A stretch of 43,224 nucleotides of DNA from Nemertoderma westbladi (Eukaryota > Animalia > Xenacoelomorpha), in contig JAUCBJ010005409.1 in NCBI GenBank assembly GCA_032718475.1, positions 1-43,224 on the forward strand, in the 5' to 3' direction. The position numbers were made by a program, and so were the translations under genes. This document shows positions 1 through 12,824 of this stretch, one piece after another. The notes beneath the pieces are model-generated. The model searched no databases. It saw nothing but the letters and a program-made list of their open reading frames with translations, and was not told the DNA's origin. The stretch's first letter is position 1. Every line of letters starts with the position of its first letter.

Positions 1-1
1 T

Positions 2-1507
2 ATTCCTAAATACAAGATACCTGACAGGTTTCTAAAGGAGAAGATCAGCTACCAGGAACATGATGAAACCAACAAACAGATGCTGAGACTTCTACAATGC
101 TATGAGGATCCTGATAAGTATTTCCTGTTGTTAAGAAATCCGCAGATGCGCTTAAGGGATCGCTTCTCTAGTACCATGATAGATGGGTTAATACGTGTTG
201 GAGGTAGGCTAACCAACGCCCCATTATCCTTTGACACTAAGTTTCCCATCCTCATTAGAAATCTTGAGATACAAATCAAGATGATTGTGGATGTTCATAG
301 CAAACTGTTTCATGCTGGTAGAGAACGAGTTCTGAGCGAAATTCGAACTCGCTACTATTTTTATAAACCCCGTAGGGCTCTGAACCAAGTTCTTAGGAAC
401 TGCATACCCTGTAAGAAAGCATTCAGTAGGCCTTTAACACAGCGAGAGGCAGAATTACCTAGGGAAAGAGTAAGCTTCTATGAACCACCCTTTACTAATA
501 CCGGTGTGGATTTATTTGGCCCTATTGAAGTATATCGTGCCCGGACTATAGTCAAGAGATGGTGTGTCATCTTCGTTTGTATGACTTGTAGAGCTATCCA
601 TCTCGATATGGTAAACGATCTATCCACCAACAGCTTCGTGTTGAGTTTACGACGACAGATCGCCCGCTTCGGAACCAGTAACACGATGAGATCGGATAAG
701 GGAACGAACTTCATTGGCGCCAACAACGAAATTCAAGCTTACGTAAAGGACTGGAACAAAAGACAGGTGGACGATCAGCTAAGGATAACAGCGTCTAGCT
801 GGACCTTCAACGCCGCCGACGCCCCTTGGTGGGGAGGAAGTTGGGAGAGATTGATCAGGAGCGTGAAGACTGCGTTCCACTTTATTGTGCCTTGTCGCGC
901 TTATCTCACCGACGAACTATTGCGGACGTTAATGGAGGAAATCGCCGCCTATCTCAACGAAAGACCGCTTATGCCAGTCTCTTCAAATCCTGATTCCCTG
1001 GAAGCGCTAACACCCGCGCACTTCCTACTGAAGAAACCCGTAGCCATGCTCCCGCAATCGGAGATCACAGACGGAGACGAGTACTGCCGTCGAACCTGGC
1101 AACTTATGCAGTTGCTATCCCGTCGTTTCGCTGACCATTTCGAGAAACATTACCTGCCCACTCTACAACTTCGAACTAAGTGGTTTGCGCAGCAAGAAAA
1201 CGTCAGCGCTGGAGACATGGTGCTTATTGTGGACCCCGATCTCCCACGTAAGCGATGGCAAACAGGACGTATCATCGAGACTTATATCTCGAGCGATGGT
1301 TTGGTGCGATCAGTAGAGCTCGTCGTCATGCGGCGGAACTTTAAGAAACCAGGGATAGTCTTTGAGACTCAACAGCTCAATCGCCCAGTGGGACGTTTAT
1401 GTTTACTGGAAAGAGACAGAGAGCTCTCCGGAAACTATGGAAGGCAAGAAACTCTTCCCACGACCACTTCCCTAATCCAACCGACATCTAGGGACTCCCC
1501 AACTTAA
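2..1507 (+). mobile_element. BEL/Pao LTR retrotransposon pol, 3' part (integrase and C-terminal DUF5641-like region); 5'-partial ORF
   Basis: Frame is open from position 2. Contains DGLIRVGGRL, an HHCC zinc motif (VHSKLFHAG...CIPC), DDE motifs GVDLFGP / SDKGTNF / GGSWERLI, then LNERPL, LTPAHFL and the BEL-type tail KWF...GDMVLI...W.TGRI...DGLVRSV. Confidence 0.93.
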
Positions 1508-1525
1508 TATCGTTCGGAGTGGGCG

Positions 1526-1928
1526 TGTGACTCTATTATTTTATATTATTTTATCATCTTTATATTTATGTATGGATTACTATGTAATTTTATTATAATC
1601 ATTTTATTTAATTTAGTAGAATATTATTTAGCGATTATTTTGTAGAATAGTGCAATATATTCGTGTTTATTACATACATACTTACTTATATTATATTTAG
1701 TGCGACGGCGAAGAAATAATTATTTTTTCTCTTTCCTTACTGTCCGTATTATATTATAAATACGCAACTACAGTAAGATGAAATGTCTGTACTTATTAAA
1801 GTACAATAAAGCCACTACTATATTTAGTATTATTGGTAGGCAGAGTATTAGGAATGCAAAGTTCAGATCCTCGTGTCTCGGCTAAACCAAGCTCTGGGTA
1901 GACCTTGGAAACGACTTGCCTCTTCACA
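1526..1928 (+). repeat. Probable 3' LTR of the BEL element
   Basis: Purine-rich GGAGTGGGCG just after the pol stop, then TGTGA at 1526. Inverted TCACA ends at 1928, with AATAAA at 1805. The 5' LTR is outside the window, so the end point is inferred. Confidence 0.6.
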
Positions 1929-2024
1929 CTGACATTGCTTCGTGCGATATTGCTCTCATACCATATATTAAATAATACATATAGTAGCGTGATGTCCCTT
2001 TAACAGTAGCGTATAACGCAAAAT

Positions 2025-2345
2025 AAATCTGTTAAACCCTTTGACCATCTGTAATTCTAGTCGATTAAGATATTGTGGCACCCACCGATATACTTGAAAG
2101 ACAAATTCTAGAATCAGTGGTTAACGTCCCCAGACAAGTTCTGGAATAAATCGGTGCCCATCTCAAATATTAATTAGTTAATATTTACAAATCAAATAAG
2201 TCAAAATCTGTAAAATCCAGATCCTTCAACAATTCTAGTCAATTAAGATATCGTAGCATTTACCGATATTCTTAAAGAGACAATTTCTTAGAATTAAGGA
2301 TCTTGTGTCCCTAGACATGTTCTAGAATCAAAATATGTCCATTTA
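2025..2345. repeat. Diverged ~178-bp tandem duplication (about 2 units)
   Basis: AATTCTAGTC(G/A)ATTAAGATAT...ACCGATAT...TTCT.GAAT...CC.AGACA.GTTCT.GAAT occurs at 2053 and 2231. Confidence 0.7.
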
Positions 2346-3155
2346 ATTGTCAAATAATAAAATTTCAGGGAATAAATTTAAATTCATGCCTTTTAATGAA
2401 TTTAATAAATTGCCATTTTACGCAATTTATAAAGTTCCCAAAATTCCATTAATTAATAGATCAAGGGAGCGGAGATTTATATTATTATGCGTATGCGTGT
2501 ACGAAAGTCTCCCAAACATAGTTAATAGCCGATAAAATTCTTAAAGTCATGTATAAACAGGACATTGACTATTAAAGAATTCCTATTAAATAACATCCCA
2601 GATCTGTATGCATTGGAATTACTCTAATTCTACCGCTAGCTTTGCATAATGTCACCATAGCAACAACCACGCTAGAATTAGAATTGAGTTAAACGAACAA
2701 TAGAAAGCTTGTCCCATTGAATAGCATAGGGAATAAATAGTGCACTGATAGTATCCAAGGATACATAATAATACAGTGACATTCTGGAAGGCATTGACTA
2801 ACGGACAAGTGACCCGAGTGTGTGTAATTTGTGACAAGTTGTGTGTGTGGTATTTGTGAGTTTATAGGTGAATGTTACTGCTAAGGTGTGTTTACAGTAG
2901 CTAGTCGCAATCGTAAAAGTAACCTAACTCTCCAAGGAAACCTGAAGTACATCTAAGCCTTTGGGACGGACAGTTGAGTGACTTGTGCTGGTTGTCGTTG
3001 TCGTTGTGCGGCTACGTCGTTGGCGAAAGTACAGCGGCGACGACACATCGGCGCTGAGGATCTCGTACTGTCCGGGGTTGATTGGGGTAGGCAGCGACGC
3101 CCGCTCGCCTAAATATAAACTCATTATAATATGGATAAACTCATATATAGCAGAT

Positions 3156-4400
3156 ATGATGGAGTTGATAGAAGATGGTCTTGGTATCGGGGAGCGATAT
3201 ACTCTACTTTTACAAGCGTTTGTTGATAGCTTAATACGCGGCGACGTTAGTCCAACTGCTGCGGAGGACGATGGTCGTTATATCGAACCGCCAATGTCCC
3301 AAGAGCAGCTCGCGCGAGTTGGACTATAGAAGATTCGCTGCTCGATATACGCGGCGTAATGGTATGTATATGGGCTTCTTAACTACTGGTCATCCTATCG
3401 ATTTACACAATACGGACTATGTCGACTATATATTCTGCCCAGCGGAGTCGGAACCATAAACGGAAATTCGAATGCGAAAATTCTATTCGAAATCGACTCG
3501 AAAGAAAAGACACTTAAGAAACAAATGGACGCGGTAACTCCAACGTATATTTGGAATTCTTGATAGAAGCATTGTAACAACAAATAAATATCACCCGCGT
3601 TTACCCTACCAGACGTGCGTCTTTGGTATTATTACGATAAATGCCCTAGACCCAACTAATAAACGGAAAGACATAAACATCCACGTAAACCGAAACTTGT
3701 TGACGTATCACCTATGCTCACTCGGCTCGAACGATCCTGGAGTAAACCTACGATCAGAGTCCCGGAATACTCGGTCAAACCTCCTCATTCCTTAGTTGGA
3801 CCTCAGACCTGCGATCTTGGTGGTGTCGCGGATCCTCGCGGACTGTATTCACTGTTCAAAGATCTAGTGCTACCCTAACAATTAATCGGTAACACTCCGA
3901 CAGTGATTTCTAGCTAGCCGCCCATCTTACCTAGACGGATTGTGACGCGGACACCTAATATCACTATCCAACCGTATGGTCGTCCACGTTTAACGCGATA
4001 CAACCCCTCATCAAGGTGAAGGAGAGCGTTGTACGAAACGAGTTAAACGCTATTTTATAAAGATCAAAAAGGAAACCTGCGTTTGTTCAGATAAACGTAA
4101 GTTATAACAGTGAGTCCAATCGATAAACGAATTGGCCTTATCTCAATTCGATTGGGAAATCCAGAATCTCTAAGAAGTTATCGAACTTGGACGATCCTAT
4201 TCTCTGCGAGAGTTTTTGGATGAACGTATCCAGCTACGAGCGGAGGAAAATCAGCTCGAGGAGAAGCATATCGAAACGGCAGATGACTCGACCACAATCC
4301 TACACCTTCTGATGCAATCATATTGCACCCTTCACCCAGGAGTTATGGCCCTCCTAGTAAAGTGGCTCCCCCCAAAGAGAAAAAGACTCTTGCTAGCCTC
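3156..4400 (+). pseudogene. Decayed ORF of unknown identity, possibly an accessory ORF of a retroelement
   Basis: GC/CpG-richer than its flanks. Protein-like frames (MMELIEDG..., ...YRRFAARYTRRNGMYMGF..., ...PAFTLPDVRLWYYYDKC...) are broken by a frameshift and several stops. No family recognised. Confidence 0.3.
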
Positions 4401-4517
4401 AAAAAACTGCGTAAACGCCGTCTGCGTAAGAAAGACTAACTGTTTAGAGTATCTTTATGTTTTAGAAACTGTGATTTTTATATTTTATAGACTGAAAATC
4501 CCATTTTCTGGGAGCGG

Positions 4518-5212
4518 TGTAAAAGCCTTTGCTGAATTGCCCCGTTATTTTTATTATCTTTTACATTAAAATACTCTGTAGTTGATTTAATAAGTGTAAG
4601 AGACCGTATTATTGCTGTATCGGTGTTTTTAGAGGATCTAAGACCTATTTCCTCCGTATGTGTACTGTGAAAGGCATATTTTATGATTCTATGGCAATTC
4701 GTGACGCAAAGGGGTGATAGCTACTCTTGAACAGTAGTTACTATGACTACGGTTAACAGCTGACATTCATACGTGTTGATTTCCTTTGTTCTACGGCGTC
4801 TCTCAGTTCAGTCAGCCAATTAGAGCGTTTTTGTGGCTCCTTGTACAGAAAATTTCCGAGAAATGACGCAATGCCTATGTGCAGTGTTTACATTCAGTCC
4901 TGAGCCAAAGAAAGAACGGCTTGGAAGTATTTTGTGCTTTACTGTTTTTTAGTCTTACACTAGTAGGTTTAATTAAAAAGGGCATATATCCTTTAACTAC
5001 CTGACTCATGGAATCACTGCTGACTGATCATACATGCTGACTGCTGAAACATTGCAAACTCGTAACAATCAGTGTTTTCATTGTTGTTTTATACTGCTAT
5101 TTACTGTCAGTTCTTCATAACATGGTTGATGAATAATTATATTTGGAATAACGATAAATAACCCCGAAACCCAATATTCTTGATATACCAAAGGTAAGAG
5201 AGAAGGGTTACA
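4518..5212 (+). repeat. Possible LTR of a second LTR element
   Basis: PPT-like GGGAGCGG (4510-4517) is directly followed by TGTAA, and an inverted TTACA ends at 5212. There is no partner LTR in the window and other TTACA sites exist. Confidence 0.3.
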
Positions 5213-5756
5213 GATAAACGATTGTGACTTATGTTAAAGTGGTTTGAAGTGAATCTAATGTTATTTGATAGACCCTACATGAGTCAGTCTGTGTTCCTTT
5301 TATATGTGACTAAAATCAGTGAAGATTGGCAGATTAGTGTGCAGTATTGTGCAGCATTGTGTATGACTGAGTCTGTTAAAGAAGCAATTCCTAAAGAATG
5401 CGCCATATATGTGAATTATAATTAAGCCATATCGTTGTGAGTAGTTTAAGTCATAACTCTGTTTATATAGATAAAGCGCCACGTCCTAAAGGAACTGTTA
5501 ATATTACCGAAGGTGAATAATATTGTCAGAGATTATATAATACTGTCAGTCGAATAATACATTAGGCTTACATAGCAATAAAATTAAACCGTCGAACCCA
5601 ATCTCCCGGGAATATCCAGCGGGTGAATGGTCGCGCACGGATTGGTTTCGACTAGTGTAGTGAATCTAATACTTGTCATAGACTAAAAACTGATTTAATA
5701 TCTAGAAGACATCTTAATTTGGTGGGTTAAACTGCCAAAGGTCTGAAAGCGCGAAC

Positions 5757-6050
5757 ATGGATTATAAAATGACCTGGAAGGCACATATTGAATTTGTATT
5801 AAATAAAATATCGAAATCATCCGGGATATTTTATAAACTGCGTTACATCTTTCCTATAAGAACGTTACAGTCCCTTTATTACGTTCTGATACATCCATAT
5901 ATTCAGTATTGCCTTCTAGTATGGGGGGGGGGGGGTGCAAAAAAGACACATATTCAAAAAAAATAGAATGAAAGTAAATAAAGTATTACGATGTATCACG
6001 TTTTCAGAAAGGCACTCATTTCCCATTTATAAAGAGCTGAAAATTTTACC
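5757..6050 (+). mobile_element. 5'-truncated non-LTR retrotransposon fragment (CR1/L2/Crack-like, RT C-terminal region), frameshifted
   Basis: MTWKAHIEFVLNKISKSSGIFYKLRYIFP..TLQSLYYVLIHPYIQYCLLVWG...NKVLRCIT matches the typical post-RT motif of CR1-group LINEs. Confidence 0.75.
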
Positions 6051-6281
6051 TACTGTATCCAACACAGTATTATTATTTGATGTATGTGTGACCGTATCAT
6101 ATCATTTCCTAATTTCACCTTCAAAGGGCGTCCACCACTCTACTCGCTTTGCGAATTGGTGGCGTCCTGCGATATCACACCACTACAACATCTTAAATTT
6201 AAAATTGTTTGTGCTTGTATAATCTAGTAAAATCGCGAATAAATAAAAATAAAAGTAAAAAATAAAGTTCTGTCTGTAATA

Positions 6282-7156
6282 CACCATGTCCTGGAATATA
6301 GTGCCGTTATTCAGGTACATGCCACCCCCCCCCCCCCCCCCCCCCCAAATTTGTCTACAAATCGTAATTTGACATTGCATGAAATCACCTCCTTCCTGGG
6401 TGAGCCAGAATTTTTATTTTTGCTTTCATTCCTTAGCTACGTGCGTTTGAAAAAAGTGCGGTATGCGATATTACACCAGTTACACCGCAGTTATTCTTCA
6501 ATCTTATAGTGATTTATAGGTACAGATAGAAAAGCTGGCCATGCAAGGATTCCAAATATGTATCACAATCTGAATTTAGTCGTAGAATAGCTGAGATATG
6601 GGCGTTTAAAGCTTGTATGGTTTAGCACCTGCGCGAGGCTATTTTATTATATTTTAATAAATACACCATATTCTAGAACATTTTGTTTATCCCATACGTA
6701 GCTGGGCAACAATGCATTCCAGAATATAGTTTATTTGTTAAATAGAAGAAAATAGCCTCGTACAGGCGCAAAACCATGCAACTTTAGAATGCCAAATCTC
6801 AGCTATTTTACGACGAAATTCAGATTCTGATACATATTTGGAATCCTTTCCAGCATTCTGGAAAGGAATTCTTTTGACGGCCAGCTTTCCGTCAATATCA
6901 ACAAATCACTATAAGGTTGGAAAATAACTGCGGTGTAACTGGCGCAATACCGACGGAGACACCTTTTTCAAATTCTTGTAGCTAAAGAATGAAAGCAAAA
7001 ATAAAGATTCTGGCACACCCAGGAAGGAGGAGGGATGTGAAACTATCTCTGTTCCAAGTTTCATGCAATCTCATTACGATTTGTAGAAAAATTGGGGGGG
7101 GGGGGGGGGGGGGGGGCAGGTACCTGAATAACGACACTATATTCCAGGACATGGAG
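6282..7156. mobile_element. ~875-bp foldback MITE with TA target-site duplication (Tc1/mariner-type)
   Basis: TA|CACCATGTCCTGGAATATAGTG... and ...CACTATATTCCAGGACATGGAG|TA. Arms are inverted over ~400 bp each, including polyC/polyG tracts, with the centre at ~6660-6730. Confidence 0.85.
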
Positions 7157-7273
7157 TATTTGTTGTGTAAACTGATTAAAATGAATTTTAAATGAGTTGT
7201 AATTGCTATTGTTTGCTTAATTTCACTAATAAGATTCTCCCACAAATTAACCACTAACTAACTTAATTAATTG

Positions 7274-8266
7274 ATGTATAAACCAAGAAATTCTGATTCC
7301 GATTCATATTCTGATACATCCCATACTGCCCCAAATGATCCAATTAATAAAAAAGATTTCGCTTATGCGAATCGTAAAGATGTCGATCACAACATTGAAG
7401 ATATCGAACAACAGGATGAAGATCAGCAAAATCTAGATGGAGAATTTGATGAATATGAAACTAATAAACACATTCGATTTTTGTGGGTGGTGATAGTAAT
7501 ATTGTCATTGGGAGTTGTAGGACTGGCAGTTGCTGACATTGTTCTGTTAGTAAACCGACTTAACCCGACACAAAAGCCATGCGATTGTTCTCATAACCAT
7601 AGTCAAATAGATACTTCCGAATCCCACTACATTGATATAAATGAAACCTTTTGCCTTAAGTCATATAACGAAAAGGTTAAGTGCCATTCAGACGAAGATG
7701 GAAAATGGATCGTCATTCAATACAGACCTAACATATCATCGACATCAGGCAAAGACTCAGAGAATTTTGATGTAGGTTGGAGTGAATACGTTTCCGGCTT
7801 CGGAACGGCCGAGAACGGCTACTGGTTAGGGCTGGAAACCATCTTCCAGTTAAACAAGTCTGGGAAGGCCAAACTGAAATGTGATTTATGGTTTTTTCCG
7901 GATCGAAGCTTCAAATACGCTACGTATTCTCAATTCATAGTAAAGGGAAAAAGTGACGACTACTCCTTAAGTATTGGTGACTACAGCGGTAATGCGTCTG
8001 ATGCTTTGTTTAAACCGCAAGACATTCAAAACAGTATCGACCGAATGAAATTCCAAACAAAGGATCGTTCAGATGGTGCTCCGTGTCAATTTGGAGGTGG
8101 CTGGTGGTTCAACAAAGATTGTAAAACATGTGCCCCTCTCAACGGGGAAGTAGATAGCACCGAGCAAGTAGGAAACAAGTACACTTTATATCCTCAATGG
8201 TGCGACAAAAATGATGGCAAGAGGTATCGTTTAGAACAGACAATGTTAAAGATCCAGATTGATTGA
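7274..8266 (+). CDS. Type II transmembrane fibrinogen-related domain (FReD/FBG) protein with FIBCD1-like architecture; single exon, ~330 aa
   Basis: Acidic N-terminal tail and TM helix FLWVVIVILSLGVVGLAVADIVLLV. FReD motifs follow: WIVIQYR, ENFDVGWSEYVSGFG, YWLGLE, YATYSQF, YSLSIGDYSGNA, MKFQTKDR, GGGWWF, LNG. ATG at 7274 (the ORF track starts at TTG 7271). Confidence 0.88.
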   Translation: MYKPRNSDSDSYSDTSHTAPNDPINKKDFAYANRKDVDHNIEDIEQQDEDQQNLDGEFDEYETNKHIRFLWVVIVILSLGVVGLAVADIVLLVNRLNPTQKPCDCSHNHSQIDTSESHYIDINETFCLKSYNEKVKCHSDEDGKWIVIQYRPNISSTSGKDSENFDVGWSEYVSGFGTAENGYWLGLETIFQLNKSGKAKLKCDLWFFPDRSFKYATYSQFIVKGKSDDYSLSIGDYSGNASDALFKPQDIQNSIDRMKFQTKDRSDGAPCQFGGGWWFNKDCKTCAPLNGEVDSTEQVGNKYTLYPQWCDKNDGKRYRLEQTMLKIQID

Positions 8267-9102
8267 CATTGAATGTCCAAATATGTCCAATGTCCAATAT
8301 GTTCAATATTGAGATTGAATTAAATGAAATCTCCAGTTTCTTGTATGTAATGAAATCCGTAACATCTTTATTGACCGAATGTGCCTGATTGCCATGCAGC
8401 CGTGTATCATTTATTCGTGTTGCTTGATATGATGCTCATAATTTGTTTGTTGTAATTAATTAGTTATGCATACATTTCTTGGTGTAGTATGTTGAATGCA
8501 TTCATATTTTTAAGTATATATTAATTTATTTACCAGTGCAAATTTTTTCTACGTAGGGTCTACCCATGTACTACGATGGCATTGCAAATGTATCTGACTG
8601 CAAGTACTATGGTATAGATTAATAGAGTTTTAGTGTATTGAGATGCATCTTATTTTTTTTAACAAATAAGTTTATATTTAAATAGAAGAACGGAGCTATA
8701 ACTTTTACAAACTGACTCAAACAAAATCTGAAAATGACTTACGGTAGTCATTGTCATAGTAATGACTTACCAGTAGTGGAGCTCGGGATTAACAGGTAAC
8801 AACCAAAAGAGGAGTTTCCTCTGGTGTTCCTGTTTCATATTTATGACTTTATTTACTTTACTATACCGATCGCATACGGGGTTGGGAGGTCCACGATCTA
8901 AATAATCTGCCCCGGCTTGTCAATCAATAATAGATTTGTTGGGCGAAACTCTGTCGGAGTCAGCCCGGAGGAGTCGAATCAGCAACAATTTATAATAATT
9001 TCCCTCCGACGTAGACTGACAAGCCCTCAGCCGAGATTAGCGACCTGCTCGATGCAGTACAAAGTATGCCTTCGCTAACGTAAAAACGAAAACAGCGGCA
9101 GA

Positions 9103-12100
9103 CCAGCACGAACTGACACTATTCCGCCCAGCACGAACTGACACTACTCCACCCAACACGAACTGACACTACTCCACCCAGCACGTACTGACACTACTCC
9201 ACCCATCACGAACTGACACTACTCCAACCAGCACGAACTGACTCTATTCCGCCCAGCACGAACTGACACTACTCCACCCAACAGGAACTGACACTACTCC
9301 ACCCAGCACGAACTGACACTACTCCACCCAACACAAACTGACACTATTCCGCCCATCACGAACTGACACTACTCCACCCATCACAAACTGACACTACTCC
9401 ACCCATCACGAACTGACACTACTCCACCCATCACGAACTGACACTACTCCACCCATCACGAACTGACACTACTCCACCCATCACGAACTGACACTACTCC
9501 ACCCATCACGAACTGACACTACTCAACCCAATACGAACTGACACTACTCCACCCAACACGAACAGAAACTACACCACACATCACGAACAGACACTACTCC
9601 ACCCAACACGAACTGACACTACTCCACCCATCACGAACTGACACTACTCCACCCATCACGAACTGACACTACTCCACCCATCACGAACTGACACTACTCC
9701 ACCCATCACGAACTGACACTACTCCACCCAACACGAACTGACACTATTCCGCCCAGCACGAACTGACACTACTCCACCCATCACGAACTGACACTACTCC
9801 ACCCATCACGAACTGACACTACTCCACCCAACACGAACTGACACTACTCCACCCATCACGAACTGACACTACTCCACCCATCACGAACTGACACTACTCC
9901 ACCCAACACGAACTGACACTATTCCGCCCAGCACGAACTGACACTACTCCACCCATCACGAACTGACACTACTCCACCCATCACGAACTGACACTACTCC
10001 ACCCAGCACGAACTGACACTACTCCACCCAACACGAACTGACACTACTCCACCCATCACGAACTGACACTACTCCACCCATCACGAACTGACATTACTCC
10101 ACCCATCACGAACTGACACTACTCCACCCATCACGAACTGACACTACTCTACCCAATACGAACTGACACTACTCCACCCAACACGAACTGACACTACTCC
10201 ACCCATCACGAACAGACACTACTCCACCCAACACGAACTGACACTACTCCACCCATCACGAACTGACACTACTCCACCCATCACGAACTGACACTACTCC
10301 ACCCAGCACGTACTGACACTACTCCACCCAACACGAACTGACACTACTCCACCCAACACGGACTGACACTACTCCACCCAGCACGAACTGACACTACTCC
10401 ACCTAACTCGAACTGACACTACTCCACCCAATACGAACTGACACTACTCCACCCAATACGAACTGACACTACTCCACCCAACACAAACTGACACTACTCC
10501 ACCCAACACGAAATGACACTATTCCGCCCAGCACGAACTGACACTACTCCACCCAACACGAACTGACACTACTCCACCCATCACGAACTGACACTACTCC
10601 ACCCATCACGAACTGACACTACTCCACCCAGCACGTACTGACACTACTCCACCCAACACGAACTGACACTACTCCACTCAACACGGACTGACACTACTCC
10701 ACCCAGCACGAACTGACACTACTCCACCTAACTCGAACTGACACTACTCCACCCAATACGAACTGACACTACTCCACCCAACACGAACTGACACTACTCC
10801 ACCCAGCACGAACTGACACTACTCCACCTAACTCGAACTGACACTACTCCACCCAATACGAACTGACACTACTCCACCCAACACGAAATGACACTATTCC
10901 GCCCAGCACGAACTGACACTACTCCACCCAACACGAACTGACACTACTCCACCCATCACGAACTGACACTACTCCACCCATCACGAACTGACACTACTCC
11001 ACCCAGCACGAACTGACACTACTCCACCTAACTCGAACTGACACTACTCCACCCAATACGAACTGACACTACTCCACCCAACACGAAATGACACTATTCC
11101 GCCCAGCACGAACTGACACTACTCCACCCAACACGAACTGACACTACTCCACCCATCACGAACTGACACTACTCCACCCATCACGAACTGACACTACTCC
11201 ACCCAGCACGTACTGACACTACTCCACCCAACACGAACTGACACTACTCCACCCAACACGGACTGACACTGCTCCACCCAGCACGAACTGACACTACTCC
11301 ACCTAACTCGAACTGACACTACTCCACCCAATACGAACTGACACTACTCCACCCAACACGAACTGACACTACTCCACCCAATACGAACTGACACTACTCC
11401 ACCCAACACGAACTGACACTACTCCACCCAATACGAACTGACACTACTCCACCCAATACGAACTGACACTACTCCACCCAACACGAACTGACACTACTCC
11501 ACCCAATACGAACTGACACTACTCCACCCAACACGAACTGACACTACTCCACCCAATACGAACTGACACTACTCCACCCAATACGAACTGACACTACTCC
11601 ACCCAACACGAACTGACACTACTCCACCCAACACGAAATGACACTATTCCGCCCAGCACGAACTGACACTACTCCACCCAACACGAACTGGCACTACTCC
11701 ACCCAATACGAACTGACACTACTCAACCCAGCACGAACTGACACTACTCCACCCAACACGAACTAACACTATTCCGCCCAATTCGAACTGACACTACTCC
11801 ACCCAACACGAACAGACACTACTCCACCCAATACGAACTGACACTACTCCACCCAGTACGAACTGACACTACTCCACCCAATACGAACTGACACTACTCC
11901 ACCCAGCACGAACTGACACTACTCCACCCAATACGAACTGACACTACTCCACCCAACACGAACTGACACTACTCCACCCAACACAAACTGACACTACTCC
12001 ACCCAGCACGAACTGATACTATTCCGCCCAGCACGAACTGACACTATTCCGCCCAGGACGAATTGACACTACTCCACCCAACACGAACTGACACTACTCC

Positions 12101-12725
12101 ACCCAGCACGTACTGACACTACTCCACCCATCACGAACTGACACTACTCCAACCAGCACGAACTGACACTACTCCACCCAATACGAACTGACACTACTCC
12201 ACCCAACACGAACTGACACTACTCCACCCAACACAAACTGACACTACTCCACCCAGCACGAACTGTCACTATTCCGCCCAGCACGAACTGACACTATTCC
12301 GCCCAACACGAACAGACACTACTCCACCCAACACGAACTGACACTACTACACCCAGCAGGAACTGACACTACTCCACCCAGAAGGAACTGACGCTACTCC
12401 ACCCAGCACGTACTGACACTACTCCATCCATCACGAACTGACACTACTCCAACCAGCACGAACTGACTCTATTCCGCCCAGCACGAACTGACACTACTCC
12501 ACCCAACAGGAACTGACACTACTCCACCCAGCACGAACTGACACTACTCCAACCAGCACGAACTGACACTAATCCGCCCAGCACGAACTGACACTACTCC
12601 ACCAAACACAAACTGACACTATTCCGCCCAGCACGAACTGACACTACTCCACCCAACACGAACTGACACTACTCCACCCAGCAGGAACTGACACTACTCC
12701 ACCCAACACGAACTGACACTACTCC
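9103..12725 (+). repeat. 25-bp satellite, block 1 (~145 units), consensus CACGAACTGACACTACTCCACCCA(A/T/G)
   Basis: Directly visible 25-bp period with no spacers. Confidence 0.97.
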
Positions 12726-12824
12726 AGGTCAGGTCAGGTATTCTAGGTCATTGATCAAGAAAACTTGCCACCTCCATGCAGCATAAAGGAGGTGCCACCT
12801 GAAGCTGCATAGACCCTCTTACTA
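12726..12824 (-). mobile_element. 3' fragment (~100 bp) of the 450-bp short retroposon
   Basis: AGGTCAGGTCAGGTATTCTAGG...CCCTCTTACTA matches the start of 13844.. and is the reverse complement of ~14885-14980. Confidence 0.9.
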
